Assembly: GCF_036507355.1 (NCBI RefSeq)
Contig: NZ_AP027877.1
Length of the DNA stretch: 64,000 bases
Source of the DNA: Escherichia coli
GTDB taxonomy: Bacteria; Pseudomonadota; Gammaproteobacteria; Enterobacterales; Enterobacteriaceae
Strand: one strand, 5' to 3'
Positions 44,963-61,363 of the stretch are shown one piece after another (position 1 is the first letter of the stretch; each line of letters starts with the position of its first letter). The notes beneath the pieces are model-generated. The model was given only the letters and a program-made list of their open reading frames with translations. It searched no databases and was not told where the DNA came from. Made by a program: the position numbers and the translations under genes.

Positions 44963-46954
44963 ATGTTTAGGTTGAACCCTTTCGTACGGGTCGGGCTGTG
45001 TTTGTCCGCTATTTCTTGTGCATGGCCTGTGTTAGCGGTCGATGATGATGGCGAAACGATGGTTGTCACTGCATCTTCCGTTGAACAAAACCTTAAAGAT
45101 GCACCCGCCAGTATCAGCGTCATTACCCAGGAAGACCTGCAGCGAAAACCGGTACAGAATCTGAAGGATGTCCTCAAAGAAGTGCCTGGCGTACAACTGA
45201 CGAACGAAGGGGATAACCGTAAGGGCGTTAGTATTCGTGGTCTTGACAGCAGCTACACCCTGATTCTCGTCGACGGTAAACGCGTTAACTCCCGCAATGC
45301 CGTCTTCCGCCACAATGATTTCGATCTGAACTGGATCCCGGTCGATTCCATCGAACGTATTGAAGTGGTCCGTGGCCCGATGTCGTCGCTGTACGGTTCC
45401 GATGCGCTCGGCGGTGTAGTGAATATCATCACCAAAAAAATCGGTCAGAAATGGTCGGGTACCGTTACCGTCGATACCACCATTCAGGAACATCGCGATC
45501 GCGGTGATACCTATAACGGTCAGTTCTTTACCAGTGGACCATTAATTGATGGTGTGCTGGGAATGAAAGCTTACGGCAGCCTGGCAAAACGTGAAAAGGA
45601 TGACCCGCAAAACTCAACGACCACCGATACCGGAGAAACGCCGCGTATTGAAGGATTCTCCAGCCGCGACGGCAATATCGAATTTGCCTGGACACCGAAT
45701 CAAAATCACGATTTTACTGCCGGATACGGTTTCGACCGTCAGGATCGTGATTCCGACTCGTTGGACAAAAACCGCCTGGAACGCCAGAACTACTCCGTCA
45801 GCCATAATGGGCGTTGGGATTACGGCACCAGCGAACTGAAATACTACGGTGAGAAAGTCGAGAACAAAAACCCTGGCAACAGCAGCCCGATAACTTCCGA
45901 AAGCAATACGGTCGACGGCAAATACACCTTGCCGCTGACGGCGATTAATCAGTTTCTCACGGTTGGCGGTGAATGGCGTCACGACAAACTTAGCGATGCG
46001 GTGAACCTGACCGGGGGAACCAGCTCCAAAACGTCTGCCAGCCAGTACGCGCTGTTTGTGGAAGATGAATGGCGGATCTTCGAGCCGCTGGCGCTGACGA
46101 CCGGCGTACGTATGGACGATCATGAAACCTACGGTGAACACTGGAGTCCGCGTGCCTACCTGGTTTATAACGCCACCGACACCGTAACGGTGAAAGGGGG
46201 CTGGGCGACGGCATTTAAAGCACCTTCTCTGTTGCAACTTAGCCCTGACTGGACGAGCAATTCCTGCCGTGGCGCATGTAAGATTGTGGGTAGCCCGGAT
46301 CTGAAACCAGAAACCAGCGAAAGTTGGGAGCTGGGGCTGTACTACATGGGTGAAGAAGGCTGGCTGGAAGGGGTTGAATCCAGCGTTACCGTTTTCCGTA
46401 ACGATGTGAAAGATCGCATCAGCATCAGCCGTACGTCTGACGTCAATGCTGCACCGGGCTACCAAAACTTTGTCGGTTTTGAGACGGGCGCTAACGGACG
46501 GCGCATACCGGTATTTAGCTACTACAACGTTAACAAAGCTCGTATTCAGGGCGTGGAAACCGAACTGAAAATTCCGTTCAACGATGAATGGAAACTGTCA
46601 CTCAACTACACCTACAACGATGGTCGTGATGTCAGCAACGGCGAAAACAAACCGCTATCCGATCTGCCGTTCCATACCGCTAACGGTACGCTGGACTGGA
46701 AACCGCTGGCGCTGGAAGACTGGTCATTCTATGTTTCTGGTCACTATACCGGGCAGAAACGAGCCGACAGCGCGACGGCTAAAACACCGGGCGGTTATAC
46801 CATCTGGAATACCGGCGCGGCCTGGCAGGTGACTAAAGACGTCAAACTGCGCGCAGGCGTGCTGAACCTTGGCGACAAGGATCTCAGTCGTGACGACTAC
46901 AGCTATAACGAAGACGGACGTCGTTACTTTATGGCAGTGGATTATCGCTTCTGA
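44963..46954 (+). CDS. cirA: TonB-dependent catecholate siderophore / colicin I receptor CirA (663 aa)
   Basis: Signal peptide, TonB box (ETMVVTAS), plug and beta-barrel ending ...FMAVDYRF. Confidence 0.93.
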   Translation: MFRLNPFVRVGLCLSAISCAWPVLAVDDDGETMVVTASSVEQNLKDAPASISVITQEDLQRKPVQNLKDVLKEVPGVQLTNEGDNRKGVSIRGLDSSYTLILVDGKRVNSRNAVFRHNDFDLNWIPVDSIERIEVVRGPMSSLYGSDALGGVVNIITKKIGQKWSGTVTVDTTIQEHRDRGDTYNGQFFTSGPLIDGVLGMKAYGSLAKREKDDPQNSTTTDTGETPRIEGFSSRDGNIEFAWTPNQNHDFTAGYGFDRQDRDSDSLDKNRLERQNYSVSHNGRWDYGTSELKYYGEKVENKNPGNSSPITSESNTVDGKYTLPLTAINQFLTVGGEWRHDKLSDAVNLTGGTSSKTSASQYALFVEDEWRIFEPLALTTGVRMDDHETYGEHWSPRAYLVYNATDTVTVKGGWATAFKAPSLLQLSPDWTSNSCRGACKIVGSPDLKPETSESWELGLYYMGEEGWLEGVESSVTVFRNDVKDRISISRTSDVNAAPGYQNFVGFETGANGRRIPVFSYYNVNKARIQGVETELKIPFNDEWKLSLNYTYNDGRDVSNGENKPLSDLPFHTANGTLDWKPLALEDWSFYVSGHYTGQKRADSATAKTPGGYTIWNTGAAWQVTKDVKLRAGVLNLGDKDLSRDDYSYNEDGRRYFMAVDYRF

Positions 46955-46985
46955 TGAGAAGATGCCCGGCGAACCGGGCGGACTT

Positions 46986-47855
<870 letters not shown>

Positions 47856-48079
47856 TCATCATACCGTTTATTCAATGTGCTGTGAGTAACTTTCACTTCC
47901 GTATTTGCATAACGATGTTTTAACATCTGCTGATGAAAGGCAGCGGCAATTACAATAATTATCGCTGTGAATACTGGATTATGTGCGCCGCCTCACGCAC
48001 AATAATCAGGCTGTAAATCAGCTTAATAACTTTGCCCCCACGCAGGGCGGAGGCGTCACACCTGCAGGAGAAATCATAA

Positions 48080-48748
48080 ATGCCATCACTCAGTAAAGAA
48101 GCGGCCCTGGTTCATGAAGCGTTAGTTGCGCGAGGACTGGAAACACCGCTGCGCCCGCCCGTGCATGAAATGGATAACGAAACGCGCAAAAGCCTTATTG
48201 CTGGTCATATGACCGAAATCATGCAGCTGCTGAATCTCGACCTGGCTGATGACAGTTTGATGGAAACGCCGCATCGCATCGCTAAAATGTATGTCGATGA
48301 AATTTTCTCCGGTCTGGATTACGCCAACTTCCCGAAAATCACCCTCATTGAAAACAAAATGAAGGTCGATGAAATGGTCACCGTGCGCGATATCACTCTG
48401 ACCAGTACCTGTGAACACCATTTTGTTACCATCGATGGCAAAGCGACGGTGGCTTATATCCCGAAAGATTCGGTGATCGGTCTGTCAAAAATTAACCGTA
48501 TCGTGCAGTTCTTTGCCCAGCGTCCGCAGGTGCAGGAACGTCTGACGCAGCAAATTCTTATTGCGCTACAAACGCTGCTGGGCACCAATAACGTGGCTGT
48601 CTCGATCGACGCGGTGCATTACTGCGTGAAGGCGCGTGGCATCCGCGATGCAACCAGTGCCACGACAACGACCTCTCTTGGTGGATTGTTCAAATCCAGT
48701 CAGAATACGCGCCACGAGTTTCTGCGCGCTGTGCGTCATCACAACTGA
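48080..48748 (+). CDS. folE: GTP cyclohydrolase I (222 aa)
   Basis: Conserved CEHH motif region ([21 protein letters not shown]). Confidence 0.93.
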
Positions 48749-48764
48749 TTAAAAGGCAGGAACC

Positions 48765-49922
48765 ATGGAGCGCAACGTCACGCTCGATTTTGTTCGCGGC
48801 GTCGCCATTCTGGGGATCCTGCTATTAAACATCAGCGCCTTTGGGCTACCAAAGGCGGCTTATCTTAATCCCGCCTGGTACGGCGCTATTACGCCGCAGG
48901 ATGCATGGACCTGGGCATTTCTCGATCTCATCGGCCAGGTGAAATTCCTCACGCTTTTTGCGCTGCTGTTTGGTGCTGGCCTGCAAATGTTGCTGCCCCG
49001 TGGCAGACGCTGGATCCAGTCGCGGTTAACGCTGTTAGTCTTGCTGGGCTTTATTCACGGTTTATTGTTCTGGGACGGCGATATTCTGCTGGCTTACGGG
49101 CTGGTGGGCTTAATCTGCTGGCGGCTGGTGCGCGATGCGCCATCGGTAAAAAGCCTGTTTAATACCGGCGTCATGCTTTATCTGGTGGGGCTTGGCGTTT
49201 TGCTGTTATTGGGGTTGATTTCCGACAGCCAGACCAGCCGCGCCTGGACGCCGGATGCATCGGCTATTTTGTATGAAAAATACTGGAAGCTTCACGGCGG
49301 CGTTGAAGCGATCAGTAATCGTGCCGATGGTGTTGGCAACAGTTTACTGGCACTGGGCGCACAGTATGGCTGGCAACTGGCTGGGATGATGCTCATTGGT
49401 GCCGCATTGATGCGCAGTGGCTGGCTGAAAGGGCAGTTCAGCTTACGTCACTATCGTCGTACTGGTTTTGTGCTGGTGGCGATTGGGGTGATCATTAACC
49501 TTCCTGCCATCGCCCTGCAATGGCGGCTGGACTGGGCATATCGCTGGTGCGCCTTCTTACTTCAGATGCCGCGGGAACTGAGTGCGCCGTTTCAGACGAT
49601 TGGCTATGCGTCGCTGTTTTATGGCTTCTGGCCGCAATTGAGCCGCTTTAAGCTGGTGCTTGCGATCGCCTGCGTCGGACGGATGGCGCTGACCAACTAT
49701 CTATTGCAAACGCTGATTTGTACCACGCTTTTTTACCACCTCGGTTTGTTTATGCATTTTGACCGCCTGGAGCTGCTGGCGTTTGTTATTCCGGTATGGC
49801 TGGCGAATATCCTCTTCTCTGTTATCTGGCTGCGTTACTTCCGCCAGGGGCCGGTGGAATGGCTCTGGCGTCAGTTAACTTTGCGTGCTGCCGGACCGGC
49901 AATATCTAAAACATCAAGATAA
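48765..49922 (+). CDS. yeiB: DUF418-family inner membrane protein YeiB (385 aa)
   Basis: Polytopic membrane ORF 16 bp downstream of folE. Confidence 0.85.
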   Translation: MERNVTLDFVRGVAILGILLLNISAFGLPKAAYLNPAWYGAITPQDAWTWAFLDLIGQVKFLTLFALLFGAGLQMLLPRGRRWIQSRLTLLVLLGFIHGLLFWDGDILLAYGLVGLICWRLVRDAPSVKSLFNTGVMLYLVGLGVLLLLGLISDSQTSRAWTPDASAILYEKYWKLHGGVEAISNRADGVGNSLLALGAQYGWQLAGMMLIGAALMRSGWLKGQFSLRHYRRTGFVLVAIGVIINLPAIALQWRLDWAYRWCAFLLQMPRELSAPFQTIGYASLFYGFWPQLSRFKLVLAIACVGRMALTNYLLQTLICTTLFYHLGLFMHFDRLELLAFVIPVWLANILFSVIWLRYFRQGPVEWLWRQLTLRAAGPAISKTSR

Positions 49923-49950
49923 CGATCTGGATCACATTCGTTAACAAAAC

Positions 49951-49987
49951 GGCTGTAACCGTTTCCATTGCTGTGACTCGATTCACG
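49951..49987. promoter_or_regulatory. galS promoter elements: gal-type operator half-sites plus CRP site
   Basis: gctgtaaccgtttccattgc is gal-operator-like; TGTGActcgatTCACG (49972-49987) fits the CRP consensus. Confidence 0.6.
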
Positions 49988-50063
49988 AAGTCCTGTATTC
50001 AGTGCTGACAAAATAGCCGCCAGCAAGCAGTCATTTACTGCAATCTCATAACAGGTAGTGAAT

Positions 50064-51104
50064 ATGATCACCATTCGTGATGTAGCGCGTCAGGCTGGCG
50101 TCTCTGTGGCAACGGTTTCCCGGGTGCTCAATAACAGCACGCTGGTCAGTGCCGATACGCGTGAAGCAGTAATGAAAGCCGTGAGTGAGCTGGATTATCG
50201 GCCAAACGCCAATGCCCAGGCGCTGGCAACTCAGGTTAGCGACACCATTGGCGTGGTGGTGATGGACGTTTCTGATGCGTTTTTCGGCGCGCTGGTAAAA
50301 GCGGTGGATCTGGTCGCTCAGCAGCATCAGAAATACGTGCTAATCGGCAATAGCTATCATGAAGCGGAAAAAGAGCGTCACGCCATTGAGGTGTTAATTC
50401 GCCAGCGTTGTAATGCGTTGATTGTTCACTCAAAAGCATTGAGTGACGATGAACTGGCGCAATTTATGGATAACATTCCCGGTATGGTGTTAATCAACCG
50501 CGTTGTGCCGGGGTACGCCCATCGTTGCGTTTGCCTGGATAATCTCAGCGGTGCCCGAATGGCGACGCGCATGTTGCTGAATAACGGTCATCAACGTATT
50601 GGTTATCTTTCTTCCAGCCACGGCATTGAAGATGACGCCATGCGTAAAGCAGGCTGGATGAGTGCGTTGAAAGAGCAGGATATTATTCCGCCGGAAAGCT
50701 GGATTGGCACTGGTACGCCGGACATGCCGGGCGGTGAGGCGGCGATGGTTGAACTGCTGGGGCGCAATCTACAACTTACCGCTGTATTTGCTTATAACGA
50801 CAATATGGCTGCTGGCGCACTGACAGCATTAAAAGATAATGGCATTGCGATTCCGTTACATCTCTCAATCATCGGTTTCGATGATATTCCCATCGCCCGT
50901 TACACCGACCCGCAATTAACGACCGTGCGTTATCCCATTGCTTCAATGGCGAAATTAGCCACCGAACTGGCCTTGCAGGGGGCAGCAGGCAATATTGATC
51001 CTCGTGCCAGCCACTGTTTTATGCCGACGTTAGTGCGTCGCCATTCTGTCGCAACACGCCAGAATGCGGCGGCGATCACTAACTCAACAAATCAGGCGAT
51101 GTAA
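50064..51104 (+). CDS. galS: Galactose isorepressor GalS, LacI family (346 aa)
   Basis: [28 protein letters not shown] followed by periplasmic-binding-protein-like domain. Confidence 0.92.
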   Translation: MITIRDVARQAGVSVATVSRVLNNSTLVSADTREAVMKAVSELDYRPNANAQALATQVSDTIGVVVMDVSDAFFGALVKAVDLVAQQHQKYVLIGNSYHEAEKERHAIEVLIRQRCNALIVHSKALSDDELAQFMDNIPGMVLINRVVPGYAHRCVCLDNLSGARMATRMLLNNGHQRIGYLSSSHGIEDDAMRKAGWMSALKEQDIIPPESWIGTGTPDMPGGEAAMVELLGRNLQLTAVFAYNDNMAAGALTALKDNGIAIPLHLSIIGFDDIPIARYTDPQLTTVRYPIASMAKLATELALQGAAGNIDPRASHCFMPTLVRRHSVATRQNAAAITNSTNQAM

Positions 51105-51132
51105 CCGCTTTCAATCTGTGAGTGATTTCACA
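51093..51132. promoter_or_regulatory. mglBAC control region: gal/mgl operator overlapping the galS stop codon, plus CRP site
   Basis: atGTAACCGcTTTCAa operator-like sequence at 51099-51114; TGTGAgtgatTTCACA (51117-51132) is a perfect CRP consensus. Confidence 0.7.
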
Positions 51133-51384
51133 GTATCTTAACAATGTGATAGCTATGATTGCACCGTTTTAACGTTGTAACCCGTATGTAACAGTGAATA
51201 ATCACTTTCACCGAGGTAATAGCGTCATAACAACAATTAAAGCCGTTTTCTGGAGCGTTACCGGGCATGGAAGAACGAATTTTTAAAAAGTGAGCTTCGG
51301 CGTTCAGTAACACTTCATTAACTCTACTGCCCCGCCGAGCATTTATCTCAAGCACTACCCTGCATAAGAAAAACCGGAGATACC

Positions 51385-52383
51385 ATGAATAAGAAGGTGT
51401 TAACCCTGTCTGCTGTGATGGCCAGCATGTTATTCGGTGCCGCTGCACACGCTGCTGATACTCGCATTGGTGTAACAATCTATAAGTACGACGATAACTT
51501 TATGTCTGTAGTGCGCAAGGCAATTGAGCAAGATGCGAAAGCCGCGCCAGATGTTCAGCTGCTGATGAATGATTCTCAGAATGACCAGTCCAAGCAGAAC
51601 GATCAGATCGACGTATTGCTGGCGAAAGGGGTGAAGGCACTGGCAATCAACCTGGTTGACCCGGCAGCTGCGGGTACGGTGATTGAGAAAGCGCGTGGGC
51701 AAAACGTGCCAGTGGTTTTCTTCAACAAAGAACCGTCTCGTAAGGCGCTGGATAGCTACGACAAAGCCTACTACGTTGGCACTGACTCCAAAGAGTCCGG
51801 CATTATTCAAGGCGATTTGATTGCTAAACACTGGGCGGCGAATCAGGGTTGGGATCTGAATAAAGACGGTCAGATTCAATTCGTACTGCTGAAAGGTGAA
51901 CCGGGCCATCCGGATGCAGAAGCACGTACCACTTACGTGATTAAAGAGCTGAACGACAAAGGCATTAAAACTGAACAGTTACAGTTAGATACCGCTATGT
52001 GGGATACCGCTCAGGCGAAAGATAAGATGGACGCCTGGCTGTCTGGCCCGAACGCCAACAAAATCGAAGTGGTTATCGCCAACAACGATGCGATGGCAAT
52101 GGGCGCGGTTGAAGCGCTGAAAGCACACAACAAGTCCAGCATTCCGGTGTTTGGCGTCGATGCGCTGCCAGAAGCGCTGGCGCTGGTGAAATCCGGTGCA
52201 CTGGCGGGCACCGTACTGAACGATGCTAACAACCAGGCGAAAGCGACCTTTGATCTGGCGAAAAACCTGGCCGATGGCAAAGGTGCGGCTGATGGCACCA
52301 ACTGGAAAATCGACAACAAAGTGGTCCGCGTACCTTATGTTGGCGTAGATAAAGACAACCTGGCTGAATTCAGCAAGAAATAA
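51385..52383 (+). CDS. mglB: Periplasmic D-galactose/glucose-binding protein MglB (332 aa)
   Basis: Signal peptide [23 protein letters not shown] followed by a type I periplasmic binding fold. Confidence 0.93.
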   Translation: MNKKVLTLSAVMASMLFGAAAHAADTRIGVTIYKYDDNFMSVVRKAIEQDAKAAPDVQLLMNDSQNDQSKQNDQIDVLLAKGVKALAINLVDPAAAGTVIEKARGQNVPVVFFNKEPSRKALDSYDKAYYVGTDSKESGIIQGDLIAKHWAANQGWDLNKDGQIQFVLLKGEPGHPDAEARTTYVIKELNDKGIKTEQLQLDTAMWDTAQAKDKMDAWLSGPNANKIEVVIANNDAMAMGAVEALKAHNKSSIPVFGVDALPEALALVKSGALAGTVLNDANNQAKATFDLAKNLADGKGAADGTNWKIDNKVVRVPYVGVDKDNLAEFSKK

Positions 52384-52443
52384 GACTGATTGGGCGCAGT
52401 CTATTACTGCGCCCTTATTGTATGGCCAACAAGGTAAAATTAT

Positions 52444-53964
52444 ATGGTCAGCTCAACGACTCCGTCTTCCGGGGAATACTTGTTGGAAATGAGCGGTATC
52501 AACAAGTCTTTTCCTGGTGTTAAGGCACTGGATAACGTTAATTTAAAAGTCCGGTCACATTCTATCCATGCATTAATGGGGGAAAACGGTGCAGGAAAAT
52601 CAACATTATTAAAATGCCTGTTTGGTATTTATCAAAAAGACTCCGGCACCATTTTATTCCAGGGTAAAGAGATCGATTTCCATTCTGCAAAAGAAGCCCT
52701 GGAAAATGGTATTTCGATGGTACACCAGGAGTTAAACCTGGTATTACAACGTTCGGTGATGGATAACATGTGGCTGGGGCGATATCCCACCAAAGGCATG
52801 TTTGTCGATCAGGACAAAATGTACCGCGAAACCAAAGCGATTTTTGATGAACTGGATATTGATATCGATCCGCGTGCGCGCGTCGGCACATTATCTGTTT
52901 CGCAAATGCAGATGATCGAAATCGCCAAAGCGTTTTCCTATAACGCGAAAATTGTGATTATGGATGAACCGACTTCTTCGTTAACCGAAAAAGAGGTCAA
53001 TCATCTGTTCACTATTATTCGTAAATTAAAAGAGCGCGGCTGCGGTATTGTTTATATCTCGCATAAAATGGAAGAAATCTTCCAGTTATGTGATGAAGTT
53101 ACCGTATTGCGCGACGGTCAGTGGATCGCCACCGAACCGCTGGCAGGGCTGACGATGGACAAGATTATCGCCATGATGGTTGGGCGTTCTCTTAACCAGC
53201 GTTTTCCTGACAAAGAAAACAAGCCGGGCGAAGTCATCCTCGAGGTGCGTAACCTGACGTCACTGCGCCAGCCGTCGATTCGCGATGTCTCGTTTGATCT
53301 GCATAAAGGGGAGATCCTCGGTATTGCCGGTCTGGTGGGGGCGAAACGTACCGATATTGTTGAGACGTTATTTGGTATTCGCGAGAAATCGGCTGGCACC
53401 ATTACGTTGCACGGCAAAAAGATCAATAACCATAATGCCAATGAAGCCATAAACCACGGATTTGCACTGGTAACTGAGGAGCGCCGCTCAACGGGAATTT
53501 ATGCCTATCTGGATATTGGTTTTAACTCGTTAATTTCCAATATTCGCAACTACAAAAATAAAGTTGGTTTACTGGATAACTCGCGGATGAAAAGCGATAC
53601 CCAGTGGGTGATTGATTCGATGCGGGTAAAAACACCGGGGCATCGGGCGCAAATTGGTTCGCTCTCAGGTGGTAATCAGCAAAAGGTGATTATTGGGCGC
53701 TGGCTACTAACGCAACCGGAAATATTAATGCTCGATGAACCGACGCGCGGTATTGATGTCGGGGCGAAGTTTGAGATCTATCAGTTAATTGCCGAACTGG
53801 CGAAGAAAGGCAAAGGGATTATTATTATCTCCTCTGAAATGCCTGAGTTGTTAGGGATAACAGACCGTATTCTGGTCATGAGCAATGGTCTCGTTTCCGG
53901 AATTGTCGACACAAAAACAACAACGCAAAACGAAATTCTGCGTCTTGCGTCTTTGCACCTTTAA
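52444..53964 (+). CDS. mglA: Galactose ABC transporter ATPase MglA, two ABC domains (506 aa)
   Basis: Walker [10 protein letters not shown] and LSGGNQQK signature. Confidence 0.93.
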   Translation: MVSSTTPSSGEYLLEMSGINKSFPGVKALDNVNLKVRSHSIHALMGENGAGKSTLLKCLFGIYQKDSGTILFQGKEIDFHSAKEALENGISMVHQELNLVLQRSVMDNMWLGRYPTKGMFVDQDKMYRETKAIFDELDIDIDPRARVGTLSVSQMQMIEIAKAFSYNAKIVIMDEPTSSLTEKEVNHLFTIIRKLKERGCGIVYISHKMEEIFQLCDEVTVLRDGQWIATEPLAGLTMDKIIAMMVGRSLNQRFPDKENKPGEVILEVRNLTSLRQPSIRDVSFDLHKGEILGIAGLVGAKRTDIVETLFGIREKSAGTITLHGKKINNHNANEAINHGFALVTEERRSTGIYAYLDIGFNSLISNIRNYKNKVGLLDNSRMKSDTQWVIDSMRVKTPGHRAQIGSLSGGNQQKVIIGRWLLTQPEILMLDEPTRGIDVGAKFEIYQLIAELAKKGKGIIIISSEMPELLGITDRILVMSNGLVSGIVDTKTTTQNEILRLASLHL

Positions 53965-53979
53965 GATTAGGGGCTTCCC

Positions 53980-54990
53980 ATGAGTGCGTTAAATAAGAAA
54001 AGTTTTCTTACTTACCTGAAAGAGGGCGGTATTTACGTCGTTCTTTTAGTTTTGCTGGCGATTATTATTTTCCAGGACCCAACATTTTTAAGTCTGTTGA
54101 ACTTAAGTAATATTCTCACCCAGTCATCGGTGCGTATTATTATCGCGCTCGGCGTGGCAGGGTTAATTGTCACCCAGGGGACCGACCTTTCTGCAGGTCG
54201 CCAGGTGGGGCTGGCGGCAGTAGTAGCGGCGACGTTATTGCAGTCCATGGATAACGCCAACAAAGTGTTCCCGGAAATGGCGACGATGCCGATTGCGCTG
54301 GTTATTCTGATTGTCTGTGCCATTGGTGCGGTGATCGGTTTGATCAACGGTCTGATTATCGCTTATCTCAACGTTACGCCGTTCATTACCACGCTCGGCA
54401 CGATGATCATCGTCTATGGCATCAACTCGCTCTATTACGACTTTGTCGGGGCGTCGCCAATTTCTGGTTTTGACAGTGGCTTCTCTACCTTTGCTCAGGG
54501 CTTTGTCGCGCTGGGGAGTTTCCGTCTCTCTTACATCACCTTCTACGCGTTGATTGCGGTGGCGTTCGTCTGGGTGTTGTGGAACAAAACCCGCTTCGGT
54601 AAGAACATTTTTGCCATTGGCGGTAACCCGGAAGCGGCAAAAGTATCTGGTGTCAACGTCGGCCTGAACCTGCTGATGATCTACGCGTTGTCTGGTGTGT
54701 TCTATGCCTTCGGCGGGATGTTAGAAGCCGGACGTATCGGCTCTGCCACCAACAACCTCGGCTTTATGTATGAACTGGATGCTATCGCGGCGTGCGTGGT
54801 AGGCGGTGTATCGTTCAGCGGCGGTGTGGGGACGGTGATTGGCGTGGTGACCGGGGTAATTATTTTTACCGTCATCAACTATGGCCTGACGTACATCGGC
54901 GTAAACCCATACTGGCAGTACATCATCAAAGGGGCGATTATTATCTTCGCCGTGGCACTGGATTCACTGAAGTACGCGCGTAAGAAGTGA
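53980..54990 (+). CDS. mglC: Galactose ABC transporter permease MglC (336 aa)
   Basis: Polytopic membrane ORF directly downstream of mglA. Confidence 0.92.
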   Translation: MSALNKKSFLTYLKEGGIYVVLLVLLAIIIFQDPTFLSLLNLSNILTQSSVRIIIALGVAGLIVTQGTDLSAGRQVGLAAVVAATLLQSMDNANKVFPEMATMPIALVILIVCAIGAVIGLINGLIIAYLNVTPFITTLGTMIIVYGINSLYYDFVGASPISGFDSGFSTFAQGFVALGSFRLSYITFYALIAVAFVWVLWNKTRFGKNIFAIGGNPEAAKVSGVNVGLNLLMIYALSGVFYAFGGMLEAGRIGSATNNLGFMYELDAIAACVVGGVSFSGGVGTVIGVVTGVIIFTVINYGLTYIGVNPYWQYIIKGAIIIFAVALDSLKYARKK

Positions 54991-55039
54991 TATGATTGTG
55001 GTCCGCATTCGGTCATAAACGCACATAACATCATGATCT

Positions 55040-55215
55040 GTGTGGTTTTGTAGGCCGGATAAGGCGTTCACGCCGCATCCGGCGACAGGAGCCAAATGCC
55101 GGATGCAACGCTGGCGCGTTTTATCCGGCCTACAATGAGCTCAACATACTGATTTGTATGGTTTTGTAGGCCGAATAAGGCGTTCAAGCCGCATCCGGCG
55201 ACAGGAACCAAATGC
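55040..55215. repeat. BIME cluster: tandem pairs of REP units
   Basis: gtaggccggataaggcgttcacgccgcatccggcgacagg and ...gccggatgc... repeated twice, about 110-bp period. Confidence 0.85.
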
Positions 55216-55232
55216 CGGATGCGTCTCTGGTT

Positions 55233-56468
55233 TTACAACGTTACCGGGTGTTCTTTCTCGCCTTTCTTAAACTTCACTTCCCCGAGCTCAATACAACCCA
55301 CCGGGCAGACGTGACCACAAAGCAGGCAACCAACACATTTCTCGGTATTACAATACGGTGTACGGGTTTTCTCGCTCCATTCCATCGCCTGGTGACCGCC
55401 GTCGTAACAGGAAATATAACAGCGTCCACAGCCAACACATTTATCAAGATTGATACGGGGATAGACAATATAACTGCGGTCTAAATCTTCCGCCGGGACA
55501 ATATTGTTATTCGCCAGACCTACCATCTCCTGCAACGAATCAAATCCCTGATCGGCGAGATAATGCGACAACCCGCTCGCCATATCTTCCACTATCCGAT
55601 AGCCGTACTGCATAATGCCGGTGGTGACCTGTAACGTTGCTGCGCCGAGCAATAAAAACTCCGCCGCATCCTCCCAGGTTTCAATGCCGCCGATACCGCT
55701 GATTGGGAAATCGCGCAGTTCTGGATGGGTGCGCATTTGCTGAATGAAGCGCAGGGCGATCGGTTTTACCGCTTTACCGGAATATCCGGAAATACTCGAT
55801 TTTCCGTTAACGATCGGCATACCGATTTTCTGATTAAGATCGATATTGGTGATGGATTTAACGGTGTTAATCGCCGCAATGCCATCTGCGCCGCCGCGCT
55901 TCGCCGCCAGCGCCACTTCGCACATATCACCGATATTCGGCGTCATCTTCGCCAGCATTGGCAGCGTGGAACCCCGTTTCACTGCCCGACAATATTTTTC
56001 TACTAGCTCCGGGCTTTGCCCGACATCGCTACCCATCGCATGAGAAGTCATTTGCGGACAGGAGAAGTTACACTCGATCATATCCGCGCCAGCTTCTTGC
56101 ACCAGGCGCGCCAGCTCCTCCCATTGCTGCTCATTTTCCCCCATGATCGAAGCGATCAATACTTTGTCCGGGTAATCTTCCTTCAGCCGACGCAGGGCGG
56201 CCAGATTCTCTTCCAACGGATGTTCAGCAATCTGCTCCATATTTTTGAAGCCGATAAAACCGGTATCTTCTTTCACCAGATGATCAAAACGCGGCGAGAC
56301 TTCGTTGGCGATAAAAAAGCCGATCGTTTTAAACACCACACCGCCCCAACCTGTGTCGTAGGCTTTGGCACACATCTCATAGCAGTTGCCTACCGGCGAA
56401 GAAGAGAGGCAGAATGGGTTGGGAAACTTCACGCCGCAAAAAGTAATCGAAAGATCTTTCGTTAACAT
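55233..56468 (-). CDS. preA: NAD-dependent dihydropyrimidine dehydrogenase subunit PreA (411 aa)
   Basis: Dihydroorotate-dehydrogenase-like TIM barrel plus C-terminal 2x[4Fe-4S] ferredoxin cysteines. Confidence 0.9.
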   Translation of the reverse strand: MLTKDLSITFCGVKFPNPFCLSSSPVGNCYEMCAKAYDTGWGGVVFKTIGFFIANEVSPRFDHLVKEDTGFIGFKNMEQIAEHPLEENLAALRRLKEDYPDKVLIASIMGENEQQWEELARLVQEAGADMIECNFSCPQMTSHAMGSDVGQSPELVEKYCRAVKRGSTLPMLAKMTPNIGDMCEVALAAKRGGADGIAAINTVKSITNIDLNQKIGMPIVNGKSSISGYSGKAVKPIALRFIQQMRTHPELRDFPISGIGGIETWEDAAEFLLLGAATLQVTTGIMQYGYRIVEDMASGLSHYLADQGFDSLQEMVGLANNNIVPAEDLDRSYIVYPRINLDKCVGCGRCYISCYDGGHQAMEWSEKTRTPYCNTEKCVGCLLCGHVCPVGCIELGEVKFKKGEKEHPVTL

Positions 56469-57700
56469 GAGCAAGCTCCCTCTAAATAGTAATGAATCGC
56501 CTCGGCGGCTTCTTTCCCGGTTTTCACGGCATAGACCACGGTTTTGTCACCCTCAACAATATCGCCAGCAGCAAAGACTTGCGGATCGCGGGTCTGATAA
56601 TTTTGTGTTTTGATGGTGTTACGCTGCGGCTCTAACTCCGCAAAGGCATCCAGTCTGGCATGCTGACCGACGGCGAGAATAATTTTATCTGCCACCATCG
56701 TCAGTTCGCCCGATAACCGTACATGCTTAAACGTGACTTTATTGCCTTCCACGGCTACTGGCGTGAATCCATCGATGATCGAAACGCCCAGCTCCCGGGC
56801 GCTGGCAAACTCTTTTTCGCTTGCCGGAAACTCATCTAACTCTTCACGCGCTACGCAAGTTACCGCCTGACAGCCGAGAACTTTCAGCGTGCTGGCTACG
56901 TCCATCGCGACATCACCGCCGCCGATAATTAATGCGCTTTGTGGAATGCTGATATCGCCTTGCACCTGTCGTGCACGTTGCAGGAAGTCCACGGCAATCT
57001 CAACGTCGCTATGCTCAAACAGCGGTAGCCCGGAACCGCTTGATAACCCCACGGTGACCAGTACCGCGCGGTTTTCCGCTTTCAGTTGCTCCAGGGTTAG
57101 TGTTTTACCGACTTCGTTGTTGCACTTAATGGTCACGCCCATTTTTTCAATACGGGCGATCTCTGCATCCAGTACTGATTGCGGTAACCGGAATTGCGGA
57201 ATGCCGTTACGCAACCAGCCACCGGGTTGTGCTTCTTTCTCATAGATCGTGACGTCATAACCCTGGTTTGTCAGTGTCACACTGGCCTGCAATCCGGCAG
57301 GACCTGCGCCAATAATCGCGACTTTGCCGAGCGTTTTAGTACCGGGCTGATAAATTTCCATCCCGGTTTGTTGTTCAAAATCAGTAACAAAACGCTGTAA
57401 GCGGCCGATATCAATGGGAGCATCAACACCGGCACGGGTACAACCGCTTTGGCATAATTTCTCCGTCGGGCACACTCTGGCACAAACGGCACCGAGGGCA
57501 TTATTTTCGCGAATTGTCTCGGCAGCGCCTTTAAAATTACGAAAGTAGATTGAGCGAATAAATTTCCCCGGATCGGTCTGTGCCGGGCAAGCCTGACTAC
57601 AGGGAGCGTCGTGACATAATAAACAGCGAGAGGCTTCTTTAATCGCCAGTAACGGCGTAAAAGCCGGAGTGAGTTCATCCAGATAATTTTGTTGCGGCAT
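56462..57700 (-). CDS. preT: NAD-dependent dihydropyrimidine dehydrogenase subunit PreT (412 aa)
   Basis: N-terminal Fe-S cysteines and GltD-like FAD/NAD-binding domain (IIGAGPAG); 7-nt overlap with preA. Confidence 0.9.
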   Translation of the reverse strand: MPQQNYLDELTPAFTPLLAIKEASRCLLCHDAPCSQACPAQTDPGKFIRSIYFRNFKGAAETIRENNALGAVCARVCPTEKLCQSGCTRAGVDAPIDIGRLQRFVTDFEQQTGMEIYQPGTKTLGKVAIIGAGPAGLQASVTLTNQGYDVTIYEKEAQPGGWLRNGIPQFRLPQSVLDAEIARIEKMGVTIKCNNEVGKTLTLEQLKAENRAVLVTVGLSSGSGLPLFEHSDVEIAVDFLQRARQVQGDISIPQSALIIGGGDVAMDVASTLKVLGCQAVTCVAREELDEFPASEKEFASARELGVSIIDGFTPVAVEGNKVTFKHVRLSGELTMVADKIILAVGQHARLDAFAELEPQRNTIKTQNYQTRDPQVFAAGDIVEGDKTVVYAVKTGKEAAEAIHYYLEGACSC

Positions 57701-57737
57701 GTGATCTTCCTTAATGCTATGAGTAATTAAGGCGAAC

Positions 57738-57872
57738 GCTAATATACTCGTCATACTTCAAGTTGCATGTGCTGCGTCTGCGTTCGCTCACCCCAGTCAC
57801 TTACTTATGTAAGCTCCTGGGGACTCACTCACTTGTCGCCTTCCTGCAACTCGAATTATTTAGAGTATAAAT
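57738..57872. repeat. ERIC (IRU) enterobacterial repetitive intergenic element
   Basis: Contains cgctcaccccagtcacttactt and atgtaagctcctggggactcac, matching the ERIC2 and ERIC1R consensus cores, within an imperfect palindrome. Confidence 0.75.
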
Positions 57873-57916
57873 ATTGCGTGCTGATATTAAGGCTATGCGC
57901 GTGGGGAAATTTAAAC

Positions 57917-57932
57917 TGTGAAAGGATTCACA
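57917..57932. promoter_or_regulatory. Perfect CRP consensus site upstream of preT
   Basis: TGTGAaaggatTCACA, about 217 bp upstream of the preT start. Confidence 0.5.
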
Positions 57933-58017
57933 AATAGCTGCGGTTCAGAATGTTATATCCGCAGCTTATTGAGTGAAGTAATAATTATTCTCAATAATTA
58001 ACAGAAAAGAGAAAATA

Positions 58018-60013
<1,996 letters not shown>

Positions 60014-60142
60014 GGCGTTGCCTCATAATCATGTAATGGGATAACAGTTTACGAACCCGTTATGGCTTTATATGTGATCTGAATCTCATTAATTATGCAA
60101 CGCGTGAAACTTACATCAAAAATGCGCGACGCATCGCAAATT

Positions 60143-61269
<1,127 letters not shown>

Positions 61270-61363
61270 TTAATTCGTAAAACGTGCTACCGATCACATT
61301 AAGAATTCTCAGCATAGTTGAATTTTAGGGAGGTAACCTCGGGCGAGCGCCCCGTTCAGCACA

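Noticed and set aside
55040-55215. Regularly repeated GC-rich palindromes, also at 135-234, 8084-8128 and 59089-59121, considered as possible CRISPR repeats
   Set aside because: The units match the REP/BIME consensus (gccggatgcggcgtgaacgccttatccggcctac), are imperfect palindromes in alternating orientation, have no unique spacers of uniform length and no cas genes nearby.
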